This document shows positions 55,570-64,000 of a DNA stretch of 64,000 nt, piece after piece. How positions within the stretch are numbered: the stretch's first letter is position 1; every line of letters starts with the position of its first letter. The notes beneath the pieces were generated by a model, which was given only the letters and a program-made list of their open reading frames with translations, searched no databases and was not told the origin of the DNA. The position numbers and the translations under genes were made by a program. Source of the stretch: an uncultured Clostridia bacterium (GTDB taxonomy: Bacteria > Bacillota > Clostridia > Oscillospirales > QAKW01); NCBI GenBank assembly GCA_944385895.1, contig CALWYZ010000009.1, forward strand, positions 1,859 through 65,858, written 5' to 3'.

Positions 55570-56809
55570 GAATTTTCCCTCGCTTTGCTTTTCTGTACTC
55601 CATAGGAGTACATCCGTATTCCTTTAAAAACGCCTTTCTCAAAAAGCTCTCGTTTCTGTATCCTGCGAGCTCTATTATATCCGAAACAGGCATATCAGTC
55701 GTTTCAAGATATTCTGCGGTCTTTCTACATCGGGCTTCAAGCAAAAGCTTTGAAAATGTCGAGTGCATATTTTCACGCAGCCAACGCCCGGTATAAGATG
55801 CGGAATATCCCAATCGGACTGCAAGACCGCTGAGCGACGCGTCGTCCGTATGACTTTCAAAATACAGTCTGACCGCATTCTTCATTTGCTGAAAACCGTC
55901 AAAGATTTTAGGCTGCAAGATATTAAGACTGTTTTTCACTTCAATATAGGCAGGTATAGACGGTGCGGCGCCTTTGCGTGATACGGCCAGAGCAGCCGCG
56001 GCAGAAGCATATTTCAAAGCTGTTTCGATAGATTTGCCGTTAAAAATACATGCCGCAAAATATCCCGTAAAGGTATCTCCCGCCGCGGTAGCGTCAACAG
56101 CGTCAACTTTAAATGCCGGCTGAAAGGTTTTAATATTACGGTCAAAATAAATACTTCCTTTATCACCGAGAGTAAGAATAACTCTGAGTTCAGGATACCG
56201 TTCTTTAATCCATAATATAAATTCTTCCGGTTCATATAACCCCGAAAAACCGGCAGCTTCTATCTCGTTCAATATCAAATATGAAATTTTATTAAAGTCC
56301 AAATCTTTAAGCTCATCCTGAAAAGGAGACGGATTTAACAGTATTTGCATCCCCTTGTCTTCTGCGCTGTCGATAAGATAAGAAAGTTCGCTTATTTCAT
56401 TTTGCAGAAGCAGAAAATCACCGCTTTTGAACTCTTCCAATACAAAATCTATATAATCTCTGGTAACCGCAGAGTTTGCTCCGTTATAAAGCACAATACT
56501 GTTTTCTCCACTTCGGTCAACCTGTATCACCGCATGGCCCGTATTTTCTTTTATTGTTTTCAAATAATCAAGATTTATTCCGCAGGACAGCATGAGCTCA
56601 CGCAGCATTGCGCCGTCCGGGCCTATGCATCCGGCATGAAATATTTCCGCCCCTGCTCTAGCCATTGCGATAGACTGATTCAGTCCCTTGCCTCCGGCAT
56701 ACGTATTCATCTGTTTTGCCGCTGTCGTTTCCGACGGTTTTACAATATGGTCTACATAATATACGCAGTCTATATTGCATGATCCGAAATTAAGAATTCG
56801 CATAACCAT
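55559..56809 (-). CDS. Ribokinase (PfkB) domain fused to a C-terminal AraC-type HTH domain
   Basis: GGKGLNQ and DATAAGDTF ribokinase motifs. The last ~100 aa have an AraC HTH pattern (..LAVRLGYSASYTGRWLREN...IIELAGYRNESFLRKAFLKEYGCTPMEYR). Confidence 0.75.
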   Translation of the reverse strand: MVMRILNFGSCNIDCVYYVDHIVKPSETTAAKQMNTYAGGKGLNQSIAMARAGAEIFHAGCIGPDGAMLRELMLSCGINLDYLKTIKENTGHAVIQVDRSGENSIVLYNGANSAVTRDYIDFVLEEFKSGDFLLLQNEISELSYLIDSAEDKGMQILLNPSPFQDELKDLDFNKISYLILNEIEAAGFSGLYEPEEFILWIKERYPELRVILTLGDKGSIYFDRNIKTFQPAFKVDAVDATAAGDTFTGYFAACIFNGKSIETALKYASAAAALAVSRKGAAPSIPAYIEVKNSLNILQPKIFDGFQQMKNAVRLYFESHTDDASLSGLAVRLGYSASYTGRWLRENMHSTFSKLLLEARCRKTAEYLETTDMPVSDIIELAGYRNESFLRKAFLKEYGCTPMEYRKAKRGKIHDE

Positions 56810-56962
56810 CTCTCCTGATTTTCATATATAAAGTATACATCCGTAGCAGTCATAAAGCAAGTACTTAATATTCCTAAAAACAGACCTGTTTTGCTGTTTT
56901 GAAATGTTGAAATTACAAAACATTTATGTTAATATATTATATATCTGCATAAGAGGAAAACT

Positions 56963-57382
56963 ATGGAAATAAAAGCTTTTAAATCTTTGCCAAAGGAAGC
57001 AAAGCAAATACGAATTTCGGTATTCGTAAACGAGCAGGGATTCTGCGACGAATTTGACGAGACAGACAAAAATGCAGTTCATCTTGTCGCCTTTGACAAC
57101 AGTGAGCCTGTAGCTACTGCAAGAATATTTTATGATGACCGGCAAAAAATGTTTATAATCGGAAGAATAGCGGTAATAAAATCAAGGCGTGGAGAAAACA
57201 TCGGTTCCCGGATAATAGAAGAGGCGGAAAAGGAAATATTAAAACTGAACGGAAACACAGCTTATATTCATGCACAGCTTCAGGCAAAAGGCTTTTATCA
57301 GAAAATCGGCTACATTCCAACAGGAAAAGAGGACGTTGAACAGGGATGCAAGCATGCCTGGATGATGAAAAAACTTCTGTAA
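56963..57382 (+). CDS. GNAT family N-acetyltransferase
   Basis: RRGENIGSRIIEEAE acetyl-CoA binding motif. Confidence 0.8.
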   Translation: MEIKAFKSLPKEAKQIRISVFVNEQGFCDEFDETDKNAVHLVAFDNSEPVATARIFYDDRQKMFIIGRIAVIKSRRGENIGSRIIEEAEKEILKLNGNTAYIHAQLQAKGFYQKIGYIPTGKEDVEQGCKHAWMMKKLL

Positions 57383-57387
57383 TTATA

Positions 57388-57413
57388 AAACCGGCTGCGT
57401 ATGCAGCCGGTTT
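57388..57413. terminator. Bidirectional terminator between the convergent GNAT and mazF genes
   Basis: Stem aaaccggctgc / gcagccggttt with T-rich flanks on both strands. Confidence 0.7.
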
Positions 57414-57432
57414 ATTTGAGGATAAGTATTGC

Positions 57433-57768
57433 TTAAAGACCAAAGCTTACGGAAATTGCTTTGTTGACCATATCCATTGTCTGATTGTCTATATGTCCCA
57501 TTTTTTCTCTGAGCCGTGCTTTGTCTATAGTTCTGACCTGCTCAAGCAGTATTACCGATTCCTTTGACAGTCCGTACTGTTCATTGAGTTCTATATGTGT
57601 CGGAAGTTTTGATTTGTTCACCTGACTTGTAATTGCCGCTGCAATAACAGTAGGGCTGTATCTGTTACCAACGTCATTCTGTACTATAAGCACTGGACGG
57701 AGTCCGCCTTGCTCGCTTCCGACCACCGGTGAAAGGTCGGCATAATATATATCGCCTCTTTTTATCAT
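57433..57768 (-). CDS. mazF: MazF/EndoA-family mRNA interferase toxin
   Basis: [30 protein letters not shown] and later blocks; 111 aa. Confidence 0.85.
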   Translation of the reverse strand: MIKRGDIYYADLSPVVGSEQGGLRPVLIVQNDVGNRYSPTVIAAAITSQVNKSKLPTHIELNEQYGLSKESVILLEQVRTIDKARLREKMGHIDNQTMDMVNKAISVSFGL

Positions 57769-57914
57769 TTTGATTTTTTCACACTCCGAAAAATATATTT
57801 AAAACATGTTTTACATTAGTTATTATTTACATTAAAAACTTTCTTTAATCACTATCATTCTATATTAAAAATATTTTTTCGGTCACAAATTACAAAACAG
57901 GCATAAAAACAAAA

Positions 57915-57934
57915 ACGGACAACCGAAGTTGTCC
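57915..57934 (-). terminator. Terminator downstream of tRNA-Gly
   Basis: Stem cggacaac / gttgtccg with T-rich tracts on both sides. Confidence 0.7.
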
Positions 57935-57985
57935 GCTTTTGTTTTAGTGGGATAATAATCAGCGTGGCTTACTAGCCTCGCCTAA

Positions 57986-58061
57986 TGGAGCGGGTGACGA
58001 GGCTCGAACTCGCTACCTCAACCTTGGCAAGGTTGCGCTCTACCAGATGAGCTACACCCGC
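57986..58061 (-). tRNA. tRNA-Gly (anticodon GCC)
   Basis: The reverse complement is gcgggtgtagctcatctggtagagcgcaaccttGCCaaggttgaggtagcgagttcgagcctcgtcacccgctcca. It forms a full cloverleaf with CCA encoded. Confidence 0.9.
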
Positions 58062-58183
58062 GTATCAATTTTGTGAACGCTTTATAATAATAGCAAACAG
58101 CACAGTGTTTGTCAATACTTTTTTTAAAGTTTTTTTAAAAGCCGCCGGGGCTGTCTTACCCCGGCAGCTTTTCAATCAAAATA

Positions 58184-59821
58184 TCAACCGCGTGATATTT
58201 CAAGCACAGATATAACTGCAGTATCGGCTTGGTTATATTTAACAGTCACTGTATCACCAATATTGTAAGTTACTATTTCATTATTTGATGCTACACCTGC
58301 AGAAAAGTATTTATCTGACGATTCAAGCTTGAAATAATAGTAGGAATTACCGTCAATTACCGCCGTGCGGATATCAGAAATTGTTGATACAAGAGTAATC
58401 GCGTCAGAATTATCCTCTACAGATATTCCTTCGCTGCGGATAAGCTTTATATAATTTTCCTCGCACTCTTTTAAAGTCTGACCCGTACCCACTATCTGAT
58501 ATTGGCCTACGTTTACCATCGCATACATTTTAACAAGTCCGGCATTATCCTTAAGCGCCACAAAATAAGTCGGTTCATTGCCGATATTAAGAAGAAGCGG
58601 GAATGTTGACTCATATCTGAGATTCTGTACCTGTCCCTCTGCCGAACGCATTGCGGAAAACTCCTCCGCGCCCGCTATCTCATAAAATTTTGTTTCTTTT
58701 GTTCTCTGATTTGTCAAAATAAAGCCTATATTCGACTGGTCCGCTGCAACAGATGTAACGCCTGTATACATGAACACATCATCATTCATTGCCACATAGT
58801 TATATCCATCTGTGGTTTTACGACAATCTTTCTGTCCGAAAACCGAATTCCAGTAACCGTGAGTAAGAGTACCGTAATAGTCAAACTGCTCAATGATAAG
58901 ATCCGCGTTATATACACGGTCAACCCAGGACGGCACTTGATCAACAGGATAATACTGACAAGATCCGTCAATTGCATTTACAAGTACGACACCGGATATA
59001 TCCTTACCTCCGTAAAGACCTATTTTATAATCCACACGTGCGCAAACCCAGTACGGAACACCGCTGTCGTCAACCTCAAATGTCGGTTCTTCAAAAATAT
59101 AAGTCGGATAGTTAAAGCGAAGATGTCTGTAAAGATTACGATGAAAATGCTCCGCAGTAGAGTATTTCATGTTTTGACATCCGATTTCCGAAAACCGTAC
59201 AAGCGATACATCCTGACTGACCATATTTATCATGATATATCCCGGTATTCCTTCACTGACATTATTAAACCATTTAAAAATATCCACATATTCAAGTGGT
59301 GTTACACGTACAGGGGTGCCATTATAGTTTATCTGTGTATAATAGTTATCCATTACGGAAAACTGACTGACCATATCGGAAAGCTCGCCCAGCTTTTTAT
59401 CCCCCAGACGTATTGCGCTTGCGCTGTCAAGAGTCGGTATTTGATTATAGGAAATTGCGTCAACATCCTCCTGAAAGTCGCCTGTCTGGACATTCAAAAG
59501 CTCCCTGTATCTTGATGCGTTGAATATAACCGCCCCCCAAAGCGAGCCGATTATATATATTGCCGCCGCACAAGCCGCAACAATTACAGGTATTCTAAGC
59601 GTTTTCAGCAGCGGCTTTATTTCATGTGTAACAATAACCGACGTACTGTTTTTGGAAGACAGTAAAAATACGATATAATATATCGCAACAAGCACTACGA
59701 CATCAAACAACAGCGCGGGATTGTGAATTGAAATCGCGGGCAGTGTAAAATAGAAACCCACAGCTGCAACGATAAGAGTAACAACCGCTGCTATCAAATG
59801 TCCTTTTACTTTACTTTTCAT
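58184..59821 (-). CDS. Membrane protein with a large extracytoplasmic domain, unknown function
   Basis: Three or four N-terminal TM helices, then about 430 aa of soluble region. No motif recognised. Confidence 0.55.
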   Translation of the reverse strand: MKSKVKGHLIAAVVTLIVAAVGFYFTLPAISIHNPALLFDVVVLVAIYYIVFLLSSKNSTSVIVTHEIKPLLKTLRIPVIVAACAAAIYIIGSLWGAVIFNASRYRELLNVQTGDFQEDVDAISYNQIPTLDSASAIRLGDKKLGELSDMVSQFSVMDNYYTQINYNGTPVRVTPLEYVDIFKWFNNVSEGIPGYIMINMVSQDVSLVRFSEIGCQNMKYSTAEHFHRNLYRHLRFNYPTYIFEEPTFEVDDSGVPYWVCARVDYKIGLYGGKDISGVVLVNAIDGSCQYYPVDQVPSWVDRVYNADLIIEQFDYYGTLTHGYWNSVFGQKDCRKTTDGYNYVAMNDDVFMYTGVTSVAADQSNIGFILTNQRTKETKFYEIAGAEEFSAMRSAEGQVQNLRYESTFPLLLNIGNEPTYFVALKDNAGLVKMYAMVNVGQYQIVGTGQTLKECEENYIKLIRSEGISVEDNSDAITLVSTISDIRTAVIDGNSYYYFKLESSDKYFSAGVASNNEIVTYNIGDTVTVKYNQADTAVISVLEISRG

Positions 59822-59836
59822 AAATTACCTCCTTTG

Positions 59837-61003
59837 TTATATCTGCACAACTGTCACCGTATCAAGTGCGTTATTTACAAGTTTTTCAATATCAAGCTTG
59901 TTTTCCTCAATTATTATTTCTTCAAGCGAGGGCCGTGTTTTGGGATGACGCGGAGTAAATACAGTACAACAGTCCTCATACGGCAAAACCGATATATCAA
60001 AAGTATCGATTTTTCTTGAAACAGCAACGATCTCCTCTTTATCCATTCCTATAAGCGGACGTAAAACAATATGCCGGGAAAGTTCATCCGTTATATTCAA
60101 CGCACTGAGTGTCTGGCTTGCAACCTGTCCCAGGCTTTCCCCTGTTATAAGCGCATTTGCGTGAGACCTGAAAGCAATTTCATCTGCAAGTCTTACCATA
60201 AATCTTCGCATTATAACCGTAAACAGATCATCTTTACAGTTCTTTTTTATCTGTTCCTGAATCTCTGTGAAGCGGACATTATAAAGCTCCATTCCGGGGC
60301 AGTAATCTGACAGGCGCTTCGCAAGAGAAACCACTTTTTGCTTGGCAAGCTCACCTGTATATGGGGGACTGTAAAAATGTACGGCAGACAGCAATAGCCC
60401 GCGTTTTGCCATCATGTACCCGGCCACTGGACTGTCAATGCCGCCCGAAAGCAAAAGACATGCTTTACCGCTGCTGCCGTAAGGCATGCCTCCAGCGCCC
60501 TGTTCGTTATCGCAGTGTACATATGCAGCAAAATCACGCACCTCTACCGTGACTGTAACATCGGGATTGTGTACATCGACCGAAATATTTTCAACATTTT
60601 TAAGTATATACGATCCGACTTGAGCGCAAATCTGAGGTGAGTTATACTCAAATCTCTTGTCAGAACGTTTTGACATCACCTTGAAAGTTTTTGCCGTGCC
60701 AAGGCTTTTTAAAAAATATAAAAGAGCTGTTTTTTTAATGTCGGCCATATTTTTTTGGCAAACTGCAGCCTTACACAGCGCAGCTATTCCAAATACACGC
60801 TTTACCCGCTCAAACGCTGCGTCAATATTTTCTATGCCGCCATCCTTATCAATATATATTGTTGATTGCATTATTGCAACATCAAACTCTCCTAACGGTG
60901 ATAATGCCTGTTTGATATTTTTAATAAGCGTTTTTTCAAAGCTCATCCTATTTAGGCCTTTAAGAACAAGCTCTCCGCATTTTGCAAGTATGATTTCTTT
61001 CAT
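59837..61003 (-). CDS. thiI: tRNA 4-thiouridine synthase ThiI
   Basis: THUMP region; SGGIDSPVA PP-loop. Confidence 0.9.
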   Translation of the reverse strand: MKEIILAKCGELVLKGLNRMSFEKTLIKNIKQALSPLGEFDVAIMQSTIYIDKDGGIENIDAAFERVKRVFGIAALCKAAVCQKNMADIKKTALLYFLKSLGTAKTFKVMSKRSDKRFEYNSPQICAQVGSYILKNVENISVDVHNPDVTVTVEVRDFAAYVHCDNEQGAGGMPYGSSGKACLLLSGGIDSPVAGYMMAKRGLLLSAVHFYSPPYTGELAKQKVVSLAKRLSDYCPGMELYNVRFTEIQEQIKKNCKDDLFTVIMRRFMVRLADEIAFRSHANALITGESLGQVASQTLSALNITDELSRHIVLRPLIGMDKEEIVAVSRKIDTFDISVLPYEDCCTVFTPRHPKTRPSLEEIIIEENKLDIEKLVNNALDTVTVVQI

Positions 61004-61061
61004 AGTATATCCTTTGTTTTTTTATGTATGCTATTGTATCATGCCTATGATACAATGTCAA

Positions 61062-62177
61062 CTACTTATAAAAGCGTATAAGTTTATCCGGAATCATTGA
61101 GCAAACCTTGAAAAACTCATCGATTTGTGATATAGTGTTATTATAATCAAAGCTAACTCGCAAAGAGCAGTCAGAGGTACGTTTATCAGCACCCAGTGCC
61201 TCAAGAGTCTTTGCCCTGTGCTTTGAATGGGACGAGCACGCCGAGCCCTGGGATGTATAAATATCGTATTCCTCAAGAAAATGAAGCACATTTTCTCCCA
61301 GATACCCGTCAAAAGATATATTTATGATATGTGGGGCATGTGCGCCAAATGAGTTTACATGAATAAACTCATACTTTTTGGACTGCTCAATAAAATACTC
61401 ATAAAGACTATTAAGATATCCGGATTTATTATTTTTCAGCTGTTTTACAGCCTGCGCAAAACCTGCCGCGGCAGGGCTGTTATACGTTCCGGGAATAAAT
61501 GAATTTTCCTGTTCCCCTCCGAATATTACAGGACTTATACGCACTCTTCTTGCGGCAAATAATGCGCCGATGCCTTTGGGACCGTTTATTTTATGTGCCG
61601 ATACCGTCAGCATATCACATCTGAGTTTGGAAACATCGACAGGTATTTTTCCAAACGCCTGAACAGCATCAATATGAAGCAAAGCAGGAGAGCTGTTCTT
61701 TTCAATTATTGATCTGAGCTTTTCAACAGGCAGAATCAACCCGGTCTCGTTATTTACATACATACAGGAAACAAGTATTGTACTGCTGTCTATATATTTT
61801 TCAAAATCATCTGTTAAGGGATTACACTTTACAACTTCAAAACCAATATTTCTGTAGCTATCAGCACATTCTGAAACGCTGGGATGTTCTATGCTTGAAA
61901 TCACTATTTTATTTCCACGGCGTTTAAGCATTTCTACTGCGGTCCTAATTGCAAGATTGTTGCAGAAAGTGCCGCCGGGACCGAGTAATATTTCAGCGGG
62001 GTTACAATTGATTGACTGCGCCAAGGCAGTCTTGCAGTCATCTATGTCCCCTTTGGCAGATACTCCGGCCCTATGAAGAGATGAGGCGTTTGCATACCGC
62101 TGTGTCATAGCTTCGTTCATAGCCTGGATGCATTGCTCAGAGGGACGGGTAGTTGCGCTGTTGTCAAAATATATCAT
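61062..62177 (-). CDS. Cysteine desulfurase (NifS/IscS family)
   Basis: SAHKINGPKG PLP-lysine motif; SQGSACSS active-site Cys. Paired with thiI. Confidence 0.85.
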   Translation of the reverse strand: MIYFDNSATTRPSEQCIQAMNEAMTQRYANASSLHRAGVSAKGDIDDCKTALAQSINCNPAEILLGPGGTFCNNLAIRTAVEMLKRRGNKIVISSIEHPSVSECADSYRNIGFEVVKCNPLTDDFEKYIDSSTILVSCMYVNNETGLILPVEKLRSIIEKNSSPALLHIDAVQAFGKIPVDVSKLRCDMLTVSAHKINGPKGIGALFAARRVRISPVIFGGEQENSFIPGTYNSPAAAGFAQAVKQLKNNKSGYLNSLYEYFIEQSKKYEFIHVNSFGAHAPHIINISFDGYLGENVLHFLEEYDIYTSQGSACSSHSKHRAKTLEALGADKRTSDCSLRVSFDYNNTISQIDEFFKVCSMIPDKLIRFYK

Positions 62178-62325
62178 TTTATATCACCTTAATTTTTAGT
62201 TTAAAAAACATATCATTTTATGACATAATAAATGCCTGAGTTTAAATACAATATATTATGCAGATACTGTTTTCCGTTTCTGTAATTATATAGTATATTC
62301 ACTCAATATTCAAGGAGGAAATGAA

Positions 62326-62997
62326 ATGGCAAAGGCTGCTGTATTCGGAGTCGTGACAAACGGCGTTTCAAATATAAACGAAAGATATTTTGAACATATA
62401 CGGCAAAGCGGCATTAATACTTGTGTCCCGTATCCGCAGGATGTATACTCCGCCGCGTCGCAGTGTGATTGTCTTGTTGTCTGCGGAGGCGGAGATATGG
62501 ATCCCCAGTTATACGGACAAAAACCTTGGAAACAAGATTTAAGCTTTAATACCCAGCTTGACCGGTATGAACTGAATCTGATACGCGCATTTATAAGCGC
62601 CGGTAAACCCATACTCGGAATATGCAAGGGTATGCAAAGCATAAACATTGCTCTGGGCGGCACACTTTTTCAGGATATTCCGTCCATGCTAGGCTTATGC
62701 CACTCCGGCAGTGCCGAAAAAGAATGCACGCATGAAATAAAGATTTCTTCTAAATCAAATTTGTGCGGCGCAATCGGTATTCGTGCAGTTGTTAATTCAT
62801 ACCATCATCAGTGCGTACATACTTTAGGCGAAAGCCTGACGGTAGCCGCCGCCTCGCATGACGGTGTGATAGAGGCAATAGAGAGCAGCTCTCTGCCGAT
62901 ACTGGGAGTACAGTGGCATCCTGAACGAATGTGCGGAAACAAAGTGTTTGACCATTTTTTCAGCACTTATCTAAGAATAAAAAATCCGGTCGCATGA
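62326..62997 (+). CDS. Class I glutamine amidotransferase, gamma-glutamyl hydrolase (peptidase C26) family
   Basis: GICKGMQ nucleophile elbow; GVQWHPE. Confidence 0.8.
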   Translation: MAKAAVFGVVTNGVSNINERYFEHIRQSGINTCVPYPQDVYSAASQCDCLVVCGGGDMDPQLYGQKPWKQDLSFNTQLDRYELNLIRAFISAGKPILGICKGMQSINIALGGTLFQDIPSMLGLCHSGSAEKECTHEIKISSKSNLCGAIGIRAVVNSYHHQCVHTLGESLTVAAASHDGVIEAIESSSLPILGVQWHPERMCGNKVFDHFFSTYLRIKNPVA

Positions 62998-63006
62998 CCG
63001 GATTTT

Positions 63007-63999
63007 TTATTCAATGGTATCAACAACGGCACGTGCCGTATAAATTGCAGCATTTTTGGCTTCTTCCAGAGTATTGGCCGCGCTTCCCACTTCCATCAAA
63101 ACGGTATAATCTGTCACATGAGTATTGAAACGGTCTCCCCTTAAATTGACCGGCCTTGACAACGCTCCGTAATTTTTCCCCATTGTACGGGATATATCAA
63201 GTGCAAATTTAAAGTTTTCACGCCAGTTAGGATGTAAAAGGCCTTTTTCGTCCGTACCGCACACAAGCATTACCTGAGCTACGTTTTTGCCGTCAATCTG
63301 TGTCAATGGCCGATATGTATCGCCGCTCTGTGTGGTTATGGCATCGCGGTGCACATCAAAGCAAAGCTTTATGGATGGATATTTTTCAAGCATCTGCTCC
63401 ACGCCCTTAATTGACCGTGAATATGCGCCGCTGAACTGCTCTCTGTCATATACCTCTGTAAGATGAATTGTTTTATAACCCAGCCTTTCAAACTCCTGCG
63501 CCATTGCATTGCCTACATCTACAACACTGCCTGAGCCGTAATATTCCTCTGATGTATGCGTGTGATAAATCAAAATATACGGTTCTTCCTTATTAAGCTC
63601 AGGCGGTGTGTAATCAGCATACAGAAGATCTGTGACATCATAATCGGTATTGTTTATAATAGATGTACCGCCGTAGTTCTTGTATTTGCCAGAGAGAGCA
63701 GAAAGATTTACGACTATCGCATCCGGATTGTCAGTAACCTCAGCCTGATCCATTGTCACGTTGCCAAGCTGAGACGCCTGCAGCTGCTCATCATCCTCAC
63801 TGGCTGACAAAGCGTTTCCGGCGTATTCAATTATATTTTCCCTGTCTGCGGCTACAACCGAACCGGAAATTTTACCACCGGCTCCATACCGTAGATCAGT
63901 CATATCCACCTTTACTTCTCCGAATGTATAATCATAAGCACTGCTTGCTATCTGTCTGCCGAATATACTGAATACTCCTACTGAAATCGTAACAGACAA
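63007..63999 (-). CDS. spoIIP: Stage II sporulation protein P (the N-terminus may run off the window)
   Basis: ILIYHTHTSEEY motif; the amidase-like C-terminal region follows an N-terminal hydrophobic segment. Confidence 0.8.
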   Translation of the reverse strand: MSVTISVGVFSIFGRQIASSAYDYTFGEVKVDMTDLRYGAGGKISGSVVAADRENIIEYAGNALSASEDDEQLQASQLGNVTMDQAEVTDNPDAIVVNLSALSGKYKNYGGTSIINNTDYDVTDLLYADYTPPELNKEEPYILIYHTHTSEEYYGSGSVVDVGNAMAQEFERLGYKTIHLTEVYDREQFSGAYSRSIKGVEQMLEKYPSIKLCFDVHRDAITTQSGDTYRPLTQIDGKNVAQVMLVCGTDEKGLLHPNWRENFKFALDISRTMGKNYGALSRPVNLRGDRFNTHVTDYTVLMEVGSAANTLEEAKNAAIYTARAVVDTIE

Positions 64000-64000
64000 C

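Overview
The gene content (spoIIP, ytfJ, dacB, a HydABC-type [FeFe] hydrogenase, an SLH protein) points to the chromosome of a low-GC, endospore-forming Firmicute of the Clostridia type. All calls come from reading the ORF translations and the nucleotide sequence by eye; no BLAST, HMM or folding was run.

Layout:
- 1-14.7 kb: an AT-rich accessory locus. It holds a signal-peptide-bearing RHS/YD-repeat polymorphic toxin whose frame breaks at 1126-1166, plus its ankyrin immunity gene. Behind it sit five orphan toxin-tip/immunity cassettes, one toxin-less ankyrin immunity copy and a terminal tip remnant. These are joined by repeated copies of the rhs core tip and a conserved linker of about 150 bp. 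Several orphan toxins are frameshifted, while all immunity ORFs are intact.
- 14.9-19.1 kb: an SLH-domain protein, then a 2.6-kb AT-rich islet bounded by 27-bp direct repeats. The islet carries a 459-aa protein with a C-terminal Vsr/DUF559-like nuclease motif, a YjcQ/DUF2513-like winged-helix protein and an IS3 OrfA remnant. Next come an unusual array of seven mini-hairpins punctuated by GTGAAAT/ATTTCAC, and tRNA-Pro(CGG).
- 19.3-28.6 kb: the rimP-nusA-ylxR-ylxQ-infB-rbfA-nrnA-truB-ribF operon, with two lipoprotein genes appended.
- 28.8-37.1 kb: the hydCBA genes, preceded by a putative H2-sensing regulatory module.
- 37.3-64 kb: mostly housekeeping and sporulation genes (serA, ackA, rluB, dacB, ytfJ, scpAB, engB, lon, thiI, nifS-like, spoIIP). 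These are interrupted by an AT-rich three-gene islet at 38.99-40.96 kb. The region also holds a ribokinase-AraC fusion, a solitary mazF and tRNA-Gly(GCC).

The most novel-looking items are the nuclease/wHTH islet with the adjacent hairpin array, and the Gram-positive RHS orphan array with unassignable toxin tips.
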